Source of the DNA: a virus
Lineage: Duplodnaviria; Caudoviricetes
DNA: 64,000 bases
Direction: 5' to 3' (one strand)
Virus record (IMG/VR): IMGVR_UViG_2595698890_000001
Location: 14,752 to 78,751 of that record
Shown here: positions 30,312-40,449 of the stretch, one piece after another
Layout of the letters: each line of letters opens with the position of its first letter
Position numbering within the stretch: position 1 is the first letter of the stretch
Position numbers and translations under genes: made by a program
The notes under the pieces: model-generated
The model's database searches: none
What the model saw: only the letters and a program-made list of their open reading frames with translations
Told to the model about the DNA's origin: nothing

Positions 30312-31432
30312 GTATTTTCAAACGTAAGGGCGTGGAAGCATGGCTTGAGATCTTCAACAAGCATAGCATCACGTACGCAACTAAGCATAAGAACTGTAAG
30401 CGGGGCAACGTCGTAATTGACTGCCCTTTCTGTGCTAACTCTGAAGGCAAGTTCCACATGGGTGTGGACAAGAACGGTCGTTTCGGTTGCTGGAAGAACC
30501 AAGAGCACCGTGGGTCCTCCCCGCACAAGCTGCTCGTAGCACTGCTTCGAATCTCCCCGGCAGAAGCCTCCCGTATGGTGGGCGCTGACGAGGGTCAGGT
30601 AGACGAGGATGACTGGAACTCTTTACTAAGAAGTCTGAGTACGTGGGAAGAAGAAGACTACCCGGAAGACGACGACGAGGAAGAGGATGAGATAGTTAAG
30701 GGTATGAAGATGCCTAAGCAGTTCATCCCGGTAGCTCCGTTCGGAGACGCCGCCGATTACTTCTACTACATCATGGACCGTGGGTTTCCTCGGAAGGATG
30801 TTCGCAAATTAGTAAAACACTTCGACCTACGCTGTTGCGATACTTGGGATCGTGTTGCCGGGAAGATTTGGTACGAGCGTATAATCACGCCAGTGTGCTT
30901 ACATGGCGAGTTAATGTGTTGGGGTAGCCGAACCATAAACCCAGACGACGAGCTGCGCTACATGTCCCTGCCAGCCGATGAGAGTATCATCCCCGTTAAG
31001 GAGTTGGTGTACAACTACGATAACTGCATGGAGGGCGGCAAGATACTTCTTTTAGTAGAGGGTCAGGTGGACGTGTGGAAGTTGGACTTCTACGGGAAAG
31101 AGCACGGGATACGCGCAGCTGGTCTTTTTAGTAAATCTATCGTACCATCTCAGGTAGACCTAGTGCATGACCTGAAGAAGCAGTTCGATCACACGTTCCT
31201 ACTACTCGATGCGAACGAGGAAGCCTACGGACTTTCTTTGTGTGATTTACTAAACGGGTACGGGAAGCGCGTTAAAACCCTCATCTGGGATGGTAACGAC
31301 GAAGACCCGGGAGCGGCTACTTACAGAGAGCTAGAAACTTTTTTTAAAAAATTACTAAAAAAGACTTTACTAAAACGAACGAGGTCGGTACTATTACCTC
31401 GCTCCCAACGAAAGGGGACAAGAAATGAATGA
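30308..31432 (+). CDS. DNA primase (zinc finger plus TOPRIM)
   Basis: CPFC...GCW zinc finger, VEGQVD, LLDAN, DPG. Confidence 0.85.
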   Translation: MSIFKRKGVEAWLEIFNKHSITYATKHKNCKRGNVVIDCPFCANSEGKFHMGVDKNGRFGCWKNQEHRGSSPHKLLVALLRISPAEASRMVGADEGQVDEDDWNSLLRSLSTWEEEDYPEDDDEEEDEIVKGMKMPKQFIPVAPFGDAADYFYYIMDRGFPRKDVRKLVKHFDLRCCDTWDRVAGKIWYERIITPVCLHGELMCWGSRTINPDDELRYMSLPADESIIPVKELVYNYDNCMEGGKILLLVEGQVDVWKLDFYGKEHGIRAAGLFSKSIVPSQVDLVHDLKKQFDHTFLLLDANEEAYGLSLCDLLNGYGKRVKTLIWDGNDEDPGAATYRELETFFKKLLKKTLLKRTRSVLLPRSQRKGTRNE

Positions 31433-31952
31433 ATACCACGCGAAATTAGTAAAATCTAATTTCAAGGGCGTTCGAGAGATTTGCAAGGTAGAGCATCCTA
31501 CCATCGCTGGTCAGACATTCCGTTACTTCGATTTCGATGACGAGAACTTGCTGGGAGTGATTGGTCCGGGTGGTCCGCAAATCTTTAACCCATCTACAGC
31601 GCACACCCACATGGGCGAAGTGCTGATTAAATGGATGGAATCTGGAGACGAAGAAGTTTTTACTAAACTTAAACAAGTTGAGCAAAGACCTCGCCGTCGA
31701 AAACGTTCAAAATTAGTTGAAGACGAAAAACCAAAAACTCGTCAACGACGTATAGTTAAAGCAGACAAAGGTGATGATGATGTCAATTCAAACCAACGTA
31801 AACGCAGACCACGGCTCAAACCCGCACATGAAACCTTCCGAGCAGACTTGGAAACCAAAGTTCGAGGGCGAAATCGAAGGGTACGTAATGAACTGGGTTC
31901 GCAACAACCACTGGAAAGTAAACCAGCAACTTCCCGACGTAGAAGACGTTAA
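31425..31952 (+). CDS. Hypothetical protein with very basic C-terminal half
   Basis: RBS AAGGGG; overlaps the next gene by about 180 bp. Confidence 0.6.
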   Translation: MNEYHAKLVKSNFKGVREICKVEHPTIAGQTFRYFDFDDENLLGVIGPGGPQIFNPSTAHTHMGEVLIKWMESGDEEVFTKLKQVEQRPRRRKRSKLVEDEKPKTRQRRIVKADKGDDDVNSNQRKRRPRLKPAHETFRADLETKVRGRNRRVRNELGSQQPLESKPATSRRRRR

Positions 31953-32403
31953 ACAGGAAGCTTACTGCATCTTTCTTTACGTGGAGGGTAAATACCCTAA
32001 CATTGATAATCCACGTTGGTTCATGGATATGTTCAAAAGAACTTTTAGCTGTCGTATGGTTGATTGTTCTCGAAAACAGATTCGTCACAAAGAGCACTTC
32101 GCTGAAACGGACGTATTGTTTAGTGAAGGAGAGGAAAGCCTATCTCTTACTGATATGATGGTAGGCGACCTCGAAACAGCGGCAATCGCAGAGCGTCTTA
32201 TGGAAGAAGCGGACGGAGAAGTTAAGCAAGTACTACGTACGATCCTTAACATGCCTTCAGAAGTTTTTACTATGGTTGAAGAAGCGTGGACAAGCCGTGG
32301 TAAACGTAAGGTAATGGGCAATCAGATGCTTTGCGCCTTATTAGGAAAAGACCCAAGCCAGACCAATTTGGTGAAAAAAGTTGAAGATCACTTTATTGGT
32401 TAA
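31771..32403 (+). CDS. Sigma factor-like protein (sigma70 region 2)
   Basis: DVEDVKQEAYCIF...Y...F...VDCSRK region-2 pattern. Confidence 0.6.
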   Translation: MMMMSIQTNVNADHGSNPHMKPSEQTWKPKFEGEIEGYVMNWVRNNHWKVNQQLPDVEDVKQEAYCIFLYVEGKYPNIDNPRWFMDMFKRTFSCRMVDCSRKQIRHKEHFAETDVLFSEGEESLSLTDMMVGDLETAAIAERLMEEADGEVKQVLRTILNMPSEVFTMVEEAWTSRGKRKVMGNQMLCALLGKDPSQTNLVKKVEDHFIG

Positions 32404-32473
32404 TTAAAATAGTTCGTATAGACACTATACAACACCAACTAACTTAGTTAACATTAGTAAATAAGGAATCATT

Positions 32474-33634
32474 ATGACTCTGACTAAAGCAATCCTAGAA
32501 GAACTTATCCAAGCAACTAACACTCCACGTGCAAAGCGTGACTCTCACGAGAAACACTTGCAGAAGATTGTTAAAGCTGTCGGCGCTCTTGACGACGATG
32601 CTTGGGACGCTCTTTCCGATGAAGCTGCGGAATGGTACAATGATGCCGTAAATGCAATTAACGACGGTCAAGACATCCCGGGCTCTGAAAAAGACCCGAT
32701 GGAAGCCGAAGAAGAAAAACCAGCGCGTTCACGCCGTGGACGTAACACTAAAACTGAAGAAACGGAAAACCAACCAATGAAAAAAGTACTTGTAGCAATC
32801 GCACTAGCAGAAGTAGTTAAAGGCATCACAGCAACTGTAGTTTGTGGCGATGACACTTTTGAAGGCGAAGTAATTGCGGTTACTAAGAAAGGTCGCGGCA
32901 AGAACGCAACTGTTGAAGAGTTCACTCTGAAAACAGCTGACGGTGAAGAAGTGTTTGGTGCTGAAGACTTGATCTTCGACGAAGGCGACAAGATCGAACG
33001 TCACGACGAAGCTCCAGCGGAAGAAGAGAAGAAGCCTTCTCGCTCACGTCGCGGCGCTAAGAAAGACGAAGAGCCAGCGGCTGAAGAAAAACCTACACGC
33101 TCTCGCCGTGGTGCTAAGAAAGAAGAGCCGAAGCCAGAGCCTGTTGAAGTTGAAACAGAAATCGCATTCAACGACATCGCTAAAGGCGACAAGCTGAAGC
33201 TTCAAGTTGAAGACGACGCTTTCGAAGGTGAAGTTAAAGCGGTTAAGAAATCTGGTCGCGGCAAGAACGCTAAAGTAGCAGAGTTCACTCTTACTACGGC
33301 AGACGGCGAAGAAGTCTTCGAAGCAGACCACATTGTGGTTGAAGAAGGCGACAAGATCATCCGCGTTACTATGGAAGAGCCTAAAGCGGAAGCCGCTGGC
33401 GAAGAGAAGAAAACTGGTTCTCGTCGCGGTCGTGGTGCTAAGACAGGTGGTGCGGAATCAGCAGCTCACCAAGTACGTCGCCTAATCTGTGAAAACATGG
33501 ACGCGGACAAGAAAGAAATCGAAGAGTTGATGGCTGAAAACGGCATCGACATGAAACCTTCAACTTTCGACGTGCTATACAGCGAAGCGCACAGCCTAAT
33601 CGGTGTTCTTCGTGAACTAGACAAGTTGGCATAA
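32474..33634 (+). CDS. Abundant hypothetical protein with two repeated beta domains and RSRRG linkers
   Basis: Internal duplication of about 70 aa; strongly biased codons. Confidence 0.8.
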   Translation: MTLTKAILEELIQATNTPRAKRDSHEKHLQKIVKAVGALDDDAWDALSDEAAEWYNDAVNAINDGQDIPGSEKDPMEAEEEKPARSRRGRNTKTEETENQPMKKVLVAIALAEVVKGITATVVCGDDTFEGEVIAVTKKGRGKNATVEEFTLKTADGEEVFGAEDLIFDEGDKIERHDEAPAEEEKKPSRSRRGAKKDEEPAAEEKPTRSRRGAKKEEPKPEPVEVETEIAFNDIAKGDKLKLQVEDDAFEGEVKAVKKSGRGKNAKVAEFTLTTADGEEVFEADHIVVEEGDKIIRVTMEEPKAEAAGEEKKTGSRRGRGAKTGGAESAAHQVRRLICENMDADKKEIEELMAENGIDMKPSTFDVLYSEAHSLIGVLRELDKLA

Positions 33635-33656
33635 TCTGGCTTAGCCGGGTTCAATA

Positions 33657-33681
33657 GGGGAGGCTTCGGCTTCCCCTTTTT
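33657..33681 (+). terminator. Intrinsic terminator
   Basis: AGGGGAGGC-TTCG-GCTTCCCCT plus T tract. Confidence 0.85.
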
Positions 33682-33703
33682 GTTTTTAGTAAGGAGATTA
33701 CTA

Positions 33704-34096
33704 ATGGAACAAGAGCGATTTGTAGATGTAGCCGAGCTGCGTATGCTCGCTCGTGCAAAAGCACAACACCACTTGCACCAACGTTTACCTTTAGTAAAAA
33801 ACCAGCACACAGCTCACGTGTACGGGTTTACTACCTTGGATTTATTGAGCGCAACGCTCTTCGCACAGGAAGCGAACCTACTACTAGCGTCACAACCATA
33901 CAGAACGGTAAACAGCCACATACTGTTTTTCACGCCGACGAGCCGCCTACAAGAAGCGGATGTGGTTGTGGGCTTTCGATACGATGACAACAACAACCCT
34001 GCTAACGTTAGGGACCACTTTCGGGATCGGGACTCGTTTCCCCGGTTCCTAGTCCTAACCCCGGAGGGCACGGACTGGAAGCCAGCGTGGGAATAG
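33704..34096 (+). CDS. Hypothetical protein
   Basis: AAGGAG RBS before ATG 33704. Confidence 0.7.
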   Translation: MEQERFVDVAELRMLARAKAQHHLHQRLPLVKNQHTAHVYGFTTLDLLSATLFAQEANLLLASQPYRTVNSHILFFTPTSRLQEADVVVGFRYDDNNNPANVRDHFRDRDSFPRFLVLTPEGTDWKPAWE

Positions 34097-34134
34097 GTGC
34101 TTGCAAGCCATGTGAGGATTTAGTATAGTTTCAC

Positions 34135-34212
34135 TCGGCATTGTGATCCTTAGAAATATCAACACTGTTGGCTTGTTTCAAGGGGGAGGCTATTATAGCT
34201 TCCCCCTTTCTT
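34135..34212 (+). ncRNA. Candidate small RNA of about 78 nt
   Basis: TTGCAA-N17-TATAGT promoter (34101-34129) and strong terminator (34180-34212) with no ORF between. Confidence 0.5.
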
Positions 34213-34260
34213 GTATCTGGCGTATAGGTACAGACTGATAACCCAATAGGAGCAACAACA

Positions 34261-35319
34261 ATGGCAACACTAGAGAAAGCCCATCTACAGCGCGTCCTCA
34301 ACTTCATCAAGCCCGCACTATCACCACACGACTTTGTACCCGTGCTATCACACTTCTGTTTCACGGCAGACGGTGATGTTTACGCGTATAACGACCTAGT
34401 TGGTGTTACGGTCCGCGAGCATGACTTCGGAATCGTGGGCGCGTTGCCGGGTAAGGATTTACTAAAAGTAATAAGCTCGTTTGGCAAAGCTGATATTCAG
34501 ATCGAAGAGCTTGACAGCGGAGCGGGTGTGCTTATCAAGTCGGGACGTTCTAAGACCAAGCTGGCGATGCTTGGTGAGGACGACTTCGTGTACGACCCAG
34601 TTACTAACTCAGGGCTAGAGCCTCGCGTAGAGTTGGAGCTTTCCGAGGAAATCCTCGCGGCGTTCAAGAAGTGTATTACCGGGATCGGGGACGACCCTAC
34701 TTGTCCGGCTCAGATGGGTGTGACTGTAACCGACAACTTCTTGTTCTCGACAGACAACATCACAATCACCGCATACGAGTTTGAGGACCCAATTGAGGGG
34801 ATTGGTCAGGTGATACTTCCAAAACAGTTCTGTGAGCTTGTGACAGAGCTTTCTAAGTACAATAAGTCGGAGGTCATCACCCTGTCGTTCTACGACGACA
34901 ACGTGACGGCTATTTTGGAGGACGAGAGCGTGGAGATCACCACTCGTTTGATTAGCGACGATGAGCCGTTCGACTTCGAAGGCGTTCTAGAGTCATTCCT
35001 AGAAGATGACAACTTAGTAAAAATACCAACTGAGTTCAAGGACATGTTCGCCCGTGCCGAGGCTGTTTTAGGCAAAGGCGACGATGCCTTACTAAAAGTT
35101 CTGGTTGAGGACGAGGTTCTGTCTATCACCGCCAAGTCTGCCACCATCGAGCTTGATGACGAGTGCGATATGGATGCCGACCCGATCTCATTCCTAGTGG
35201 ATGCTGGGATGGTAGCCCGGGCATGTAACTTCACATCGCACGTAGCACTACTGGACTCCGCCATGTTCTTCAGCGACGGTGGGGCGTTCTACCACTTGAT
35301 TAGTCACGGAGAGGAGTAA
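34261..35319 (+). CDS. Sliding clamp, DNA polymerase III beta-like
   Basis: 352 aa acidic; PVLSHF, STD and VILPK segments matching beta-clamp architecture. Confidence 0.75.
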   Translation: MATLEKAHLQRVLNFIKPALSPHDFVPVLSHFCFTADGDVYAYNDLVGVTVREHDFGIVGALPGKDLLKVISSFGKADIQIEELDSGAGVLIKSGRSKTKLAMLGEDDFVYDPVTNSGLEPRVELELSEEILAAFKKCITGIGDDPTCPAQMGVTVTDNFLFSTDNITITAYEFEDPIEGIGQVILPKQFCELVTELSKYNKSEVITLSFYDDNVTAILEDESVEITTRLISDDEPFDFEGVLESFLEDDNLVKIPTEFKDMFARAEAVLGKGDDALLKVLVEDEVLSITAKSATIELDDECDMDADPISFLVDAGMVARACNFTSHVALLDSAMFFSDGGAFYHLISHGEE

Positions 35320-35321
35320 CT

Positions 35322-37976
35322 ATGGGCTTCTTCCATCAAAAGGGAGCTAAGGGCGGCAACCGCCGCCTTACGGGTAAGCAGCAAGCGTTCGAGCAGCAGA
35401 AGCATTTACTAAAGTCTGTTGGCGCTAAGAAGTTCGAAGGTGTGGGTGTTCAGCCGTGTGGTTCTGAGGACCCGGTAGTGTACCTGCTAGGGCTTACCCC
35501 AACCCCTAACCAACTACGTCGTGGGGACCTTACTAAAGGCGAGACTGCGCAGGTTATGCGTAAGTATTTTGGTCGTGACTTCTACTATGAGGATTGTCGC
35601 CACGGTGCTGTTGTGCGCGAGACTTTTGCCGAGTTGGACGAGGTTATCGACGACGTTGTGATCGAGCAGTGGCGTGGTCTGACAGAGCGGGATATAGAAG
35701 AGTCTAAGCCAGCGGTAGTAGTCGCACTTGGTGCGGGTGCGTTGCGCTTCCTAACCGGGTCTGCGGACATCCACGGTATGCACGGTCGCATGTTACCCCA
35801 CAAGATCGGTAATCATACGTTCTGGATACTCCCGGTGTTCGACCCTCGCTGGGTGATTAGTAAAGAGCACGACTTCTTCGTCAATGAGTACGAGGTCTGT
35901 GTTAAGACGCAAATCACTCGCCTTATGGATAGCATCGAGACCGGGACATTGCCAGAGCCTGTAGTCTACGATAGTGGTTACGACGATGGCATCGAGATCA
36001 TCATGGGTGAGGGCATCCAAGACGTGCACCGCGTAGAAGATGCGCTCCATGACATGCTACGAGAACCGCTAGTATCTGTGGACTACGAGACACAGAACCT
36101 ACGCCCGTACTTGGACGACTCTCGCTTACTAACTACCGCAGTGGGCACCTTCGACCGCACGGTAGCCTTCCCGGTAGACCACCCTAGAGCGTGGAACAAC
36201 AAGACCCGCCGCCAAGTGATCGGGTTGTGGGGTGAGTACCTAGCGCAAGCGCCGAGGGCTATCGTGTACAACGCTACAATGGAGCAAGAGTGGACAGCGC
36301 ACTACTACGGGTACAGCAACCTACGTAAGACGCAGTGGGAAGACTTGATGGCAGCAGCCTACTGTCTGGACTCCAGAAAGGGGCATCTGTCGTTAGACGA
36401 TTTCATCAAGTATAACTGTGGATTCGACTTGAAGAAGCTGTCCGGCAAGATGAACAAGGCTAACATGGTAGGCGAGCGTCTAGACCGTGTGCTTATGTAC
36501 AACGGACGAGATGTTAAGTGGACGTTCAAGGGCTTCGAAATCGGCATGGACCGCCTGAAGCGTGAGGGAGAAGAACGACCTTACCACACTAAGGTACGCA
36601 ACTCCGCTGCTCTTACCGGAATGCAGATGCGTGGTATGCCCCGTAATGAGGACGCCTTGTACGAGCTACAAGATACTCTTACTAACGATATTGCGGACGC
36701 AGAGGATGAATTACTAAACACCCCTGAAGTTCGGAAGTTTGAGCGCCAGCACGACACCGAGTTTAACCCGTCGTCACCGGACCACAACGTAACACTGTTC
36801 CGTGACATCCTGAAGCGTCCAGAGGGCAAGAAGGAGGGTAAGGGCAAGGACGGTAAGCCTAAGTACAGTACGGACGAAGCTGCCTTGAGTTCCATGCCAG
36901 CAGACGAGTGTCCGTCGGCACCGTTGATACTAAAGTTGCGCGGTTTTAGTAAGTTAAAGTCAACCTACGTAGATGGCTTACTAACGCCCGTGACAGAGTT
37001 CATTGGGGACGAGAAGAAGCGTAAGGGGCTTGTGTATCCGGACGGACTACTGCACCCTAACTACAACGGTATGTTTACTGCCACCGGGCGTCTGTCCTCG
37101 GATGAGCCGAACGCACAGAACTTCCCTAAGCGTAAGAATCGACACATCCGTAAGCCGATTGCACCGCCTCCGGGCTTCCGGGTAGTATCGCTCGACTTTG
37201 GTCAGATTGAAGCACGTGTATTCGGTATGGCATCACGAGATCCGAACTTCTGTAATGCGCTGTGGAATAATCTGGACGTTCACTTTGACTGGGCTGTTAA
37301 GATTAGTAACGAGTACCCGGCTATCTTGGACCGTATCTACGAGGAGTACTACGATAAGGTAAACAAGATGGTAGACGGCGGGGTCAAAGAGTACGATGCG
37401 TTGATCAAGTGTCTTCGTGGCGACGTTAAGAACCAATGGGTGTTCCCTCAGTTCTTCGGCGCGGGCTTTAAGTCTTGTGCTCAAAGCCTCCACATCCCGG
37501 ATGATAATGCGGAGTATCTACGAGAGATGTTCTGGGACGAGTTTGCCGGAGTACTAGAGTGGCAGAACGAAACACTAGAACGTGCTTACCGCAATGGCTT
37601 CGTACGCACCCTGAATGGCTTTAAGCGTTCGTTCCCTATGAGTAAGCAGGAGATCATCAACACGCCGATTCAGGGCACAGCGGCTGAAGTAGTACTAGAA
37701 GGCTTGTGCTTACTAAGTGAGGAATCTGCCCTGCTAGAAGACGTGTACATGCACCCAATCATGCAGATACACGATGACTTGACCTTCATCATGCCTGAAG
37801 ACGGCATGGACGAGCGTATAGCTCACGTAGCGGAGATCATGACTGGTGTTTACCGCACCTTTGACTTTGTTAACGTACCACTGCTCATCGAGGCTGAAGA
37901 AGGTCCCGACTGGTGTGACCAGAAAGTCTACGGTGAATACTCATCCACGCAGTTCGGACACGTTCGAGCTGATTAA
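35322..37976 (+). CDS. Family A DNA polymerase with N-terminal UDG-like domain and 3'-5' exonuclease
   Basis: DYET exo [13 protein letters not shown], motif A DFGQIEAR, motif C IHDD; [15 protein letters not shown]-family-4-like segment. Confidence 0.95.
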   Translation: MGFFHQKGAKGGNRRLTGKQQAFEQQKHLLKSVGAKKFEGVGVQPCGSEDPVVYLLGLTPTPNQLRRGDLTKGETAQVMRKYFGRDFYYEDCRHGAVVRETFAELDEVIDDVVIEQWRGLTERDIEESKPAVVVALGAGALRFLTGSADIHGMHGRMLPHKIGNHTFWILPVFDPRWVISKEHDFFVNEYEVCVKTQITRLMDSIETGTLPEPVVYDSGYDDGIEIIMGEGIQDVHRVEDALHDMLREPLVSVDYETQNLRPYLDDSRLLTTAVGTFDRTVAFPVDHPRAWNNKTRRQVIGLWGEYLAQAPRAIVYNATMEQEWTAHYYGYSNLRKTQWEDLMAAAYCLDSRKGHLSLDDFIKYNCGFDLKKLSGKMNKANMVGERLDRVLMYNGRDVKWTFKGFEIGMDRLKREGEERPYHTKVRNSAALTGMQMRGMPRNEDALYELQDTLTNDIADAEDELLNTPEVRKFERQHDTEFNPSSPDHNVTLFRDILKRPEGKKEGKGKDGKPKYSTDEAALSSMPADECPSAPLILKLRGFSKLKSTYVDGLLTPVTEFIGDEKKRKGLVYPDGLLHPNYNGMFTATGRLSSDEPNAQNFPKRKNRHIRKPIAPPPGFRVVSLDFGQIEARVFGMASRDPNFCNALWNNLDVHFDWAVKISNEYPAILDRIYEEYYDKVNKMVDGGVKEYDALIKCLRGDVKNQWVFPQFFGAGFKSCAQSLHIPDDNAEYLREMFWDEFAGVLEWQNETLERAYRNGFVRTLNGFKRSFPMSKQEIINTPIQGTAAEVVLEGLCLLSEESALLEDVYMHPIMQIHDDLTFIMPEDGMDERIAHVAEIMTGVYRTFDFVNVPLLIEAEEGPDWCDQKVYGEYSSTQFGHVRAD

Positions 37977-38023
37977 TACATGACCTCCCCCGGGAGGTCT
38001 TTAACTTTAGTAAAGAGGAAATT

Positions 38024-38863
38024 ATGCAACAATACCTCGCATTAGCACAGCGCATCATTGACGAGGGTGTGCTAGTAGAGAACCAGCGTACCGGGAAGAA
38101 GTGCCTAACGGTAATCAACGCAGACCTTACCTACAACCAACTACCCTTAGTAACAACCCGCAAGAGCTTCTGGAAAGCAGCTGTAGCCGAACTGCTTGGG
38201 TACATTCGTGGATACAGCAGTGCCGAAGATTTCCGAAAGCTGGGAACCACCACTTGGGACGCTAACGCCAACAAGAATGAAGCTTGGCTTAATAACCCGT
38301 ACCGCGTGGGCAATGACCACATGGGGCGTGTTTACGGTGTGCAGGGACGATCTTGGGCTAAGCCGGATGGCGGTACTGTGGACCAGCTCAAGAAGATTGT
38401 GGATAATCTTACTAACGGTATCGACGACCGTGGGGAGATCCTGAACTTCTACAACCCGGGCGAGTTCCACATGGGATGCCTACGCCCGTGCATGTACAGC
38501 CACCACTTCTCACTGCTAGGAGACACCCTGTATCTCAACAGCACACAACGCTCTTGTGATGTACCTTTGGGTCTGAACTTCAACATGGTTCAGGTGTACG
38601 TGTTCCTAGCGATCATGGCTCAAATCACCGGGCACAAGATGGGCACCGCGCACCACAAGATCGTGAACGCTCATATCTACGAAGACCAGATAGATCTCAT
38701 GCGCGACGTACAGTTAACCCGAGAGCCGCTAGACCCACCCGTGTTGTGGATCAACCCGGACATCAAGACACTAGAAGACTTGGAGACTTGGGTAACACTG
38801 GACGACTTTGATGTCTTTGGCTACAAACACCATGATCCAATAAAATATCCATTCACTGTTTAG
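38024..38863 (+). CDS. thyA: Thymidylate synthase
   Basis: LRPC catalytic Cys, [16 protein letters not shown]; Vibrio-type sequence. Confidence 0.97.
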   Translation: MQQYLALAQRIIDEGVLVENQRTGKKCLTVINADLTYNQLPLVTTRKSFWKAAVAELLGYIRGYSSAEDFRKLGTTTWDANANKNEAWLNNPYRVGNDHMGRVYGVQGRSWAKPDGGTVDQLKKIVDNLTNGIDDRGEILNFYNPGEFHMGCLRPCMYSHHFSLLGDTLYLNSTQRSCDVPLGLNFNMVQVYVFLAIMAQITGHKMGTAHHKIVNAHIYEDQIDLMRDVQLTREPLDPPVLWINPDIKTLEDLETWVTLDDFDVFGYKHHDPIKYPFTV

Positions 38864-38876
38864 TAAGGAGTACCAG

Positions 38877-39809
38877 ATGGAAACAAAACCACTACACGTA
38901 ACACTACGCCCACAGACCTTTGATGAGATCATCGGTCACGACGCCGTAGTAAAAGACGTGCAGAACCAGCTAGACAGCAACCAACGCTGTTACTTATTCA
39001 TGGGACCTCCCGGGTGTGGTAAGACTACTTTCGGCAATGTAATTGCTCGCCACGTAGAGTCTGAGAACGTGATCGAAGTAGACGCGGGCAGTACCAGTAA
39101 GGCAGAACAGGTCCGTGAGCTTGTGGAGAAAGCCAAGTACAAGGGCTTCGGCAAGAACCCTATCCGCGTGTACATCATCAACGAGGTACAGGCTTTTAGT
39201 AAAGCGTCATGGGATGCGATGCTGGACATCATGGAAAGCCCTCCGGCTCATGTGTACTTCATTCTAACTACCACGGAATCTACTAAGGTTCCTAAAGCCG
39301 TCAAGACTCGCTGCGCTTCATACGAGCTAAAACCGCTGAACAAGAAGGCTCTGAACGAGCTTGTAGACTTCGTGCTGGATGAGGGTGAGCTGGACGTTCC
39401 AGAAGAGTTTATTGACGTTGTGATTAGCAAGTGCGAGGGCTCCCCTCGACAGCTGATCCAGTTCCTCCTAAAAGCGGAGTCAGCCGCAAGTCGCGCCGAC
39501 CTAAATACGCTGTTGGATGAGGCTGACGACGATAAGCAGATCATCGACCTTGCCCGTGCCCTCGCGTTTACTAAAGGTAAAAAGTGGAGTAAAGTGCAGG
39601 AGATCTTGAAAGACCTCAAGGACACTCCACCGGAGAGCATCCGAATCGTAGTCACTACTTACGTGTCCGGGTGTATGCTGAACGCCAAGTCGGAAGCTGA
39701 AGCTGAGAAGTTCCACCGTATCTTGGACGCGTTCTCCACGCCGTGTAACCCCACTGACAAACTAGGTCCGATTTTACTAGCTTGCGGTGATATTTGTTTC
39801 GGGGAATAA
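38877..39809 (+). CDS. Clamp loader AAA+ ATPase (DnaX / RFC-like)
   Basis: RPQTFDEIIGH, GPPGCGKTT, IINEVQ, TRC, GSPR. Confidence 0.85.
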   Translation: METKPLHVTLRPQTFDEIIGHDAVVKDVQNQLDSNQRCYLFMGPPGCGKTTFGNVIARHVESENVIEVDAGSTSKAEQVRELVEKAKYKGFGKNPIRVYIINEVQAFSKASWDAMLDIMESPPAHVYFILTTTESTKVPKAVKTRCASYELKPLNKKALNELVDFVLDEGELDVPEEFIDVVISKCEGSPRQLIQFLLKAESAASRADLNTLLDEADDDKQIIDLARALAFTKGKKWSKVQEILKDLKDTPPESIRIVVTTYVSGCMLNAKSEAEAEKFHRILDAFSTPCNPTDKLGPILLACGDICFGE

Positions 39810-39814
39810 AATAA

Positions 39815-40306
39815 ATGTCGTATGACACTTCAGAAACTGCAATCCGATCATTTAAGGGTCGCCTACGTATAGATAAGAACGATTTGGACAACGAGCTTGT
39901 TGAGCAATCGCACTTATTCTTCGAGGTATCAGAACGCCTTACTTGGGCGAAAGCAGAACGCGACGAGATTAAGCGCGAATGCGATGAACTTGCCGGGGAG
40001 ATCAAAGCGGAGATATTCGCGGATAACCCTAAGATGGCAGACACCAAAGCTACAGCTTTAGTAAAGAAGGACGCAGATTTTATTGAGCGTTACCGAGAAA
40101 AAACTGAAGCGGATCGTATAGTTGGAGCATGGGAGGCGCTTGTAGAAGCATTCAAGTCTCGCGGCTACATGCTCCGTCAACTGGCGGACCTGTATGTAGC
40201 GAACTACTACTCTCCGATTAGTGGTGGTGAATCGCAAGATGACAAGCGTCGTAAGAGTGCCGAGCGCACAGAGCGTAGTGAAAGCAGAAGACGACGGAGC
40301 AGATAG
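39815..40306 (+). CDS. Recombination mediator, UvsY-like
   Basis: LRIDKNDLDNE start and helical coiled coil; lies near the SSB and RecA genes. Confidence 0.6.
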   Translation: MSYDTSETAIRSFKGRLRIDKNDLDNELVEQSHLFFEVSERLTWAKAERDEIKRECDELAGEIKAEIFADNPKMADTKATALVKKDADFIERYREKTEADRIVGAWEALVEAFKSRGYMLRQLADLYVANYYSPISGGESQDDKRRKSAERTERSESRRRRSR

Positions 40307-40308
40307 TT

Positions 40309-40449
40309 ATGGAGCATTTACCAGCACTAGCGGGAATTGTGGTAATATCCCCTATCGCCATTTACGCAGCAGCGCGTATGGCTACCAAGGCTTACTTTTT
40401 CAGTAAGCTAGAGTTTCTTACTAAAGTTAAAACAAAAGGATGGCAATAA
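40309..40449 (+). CDS. Small membrane protein (46 aa), not in the ORF track
   Basis: MEHLPALAGIVVISPIAIYAAARMATK...; GGAG RBS; TAATG coupling to the SSB gene. Confidence 0.6.
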   Translation: MEHLPALAGIVVISPIAIYAAARMATKAYFFSKLEFLTKVKTKGWQ

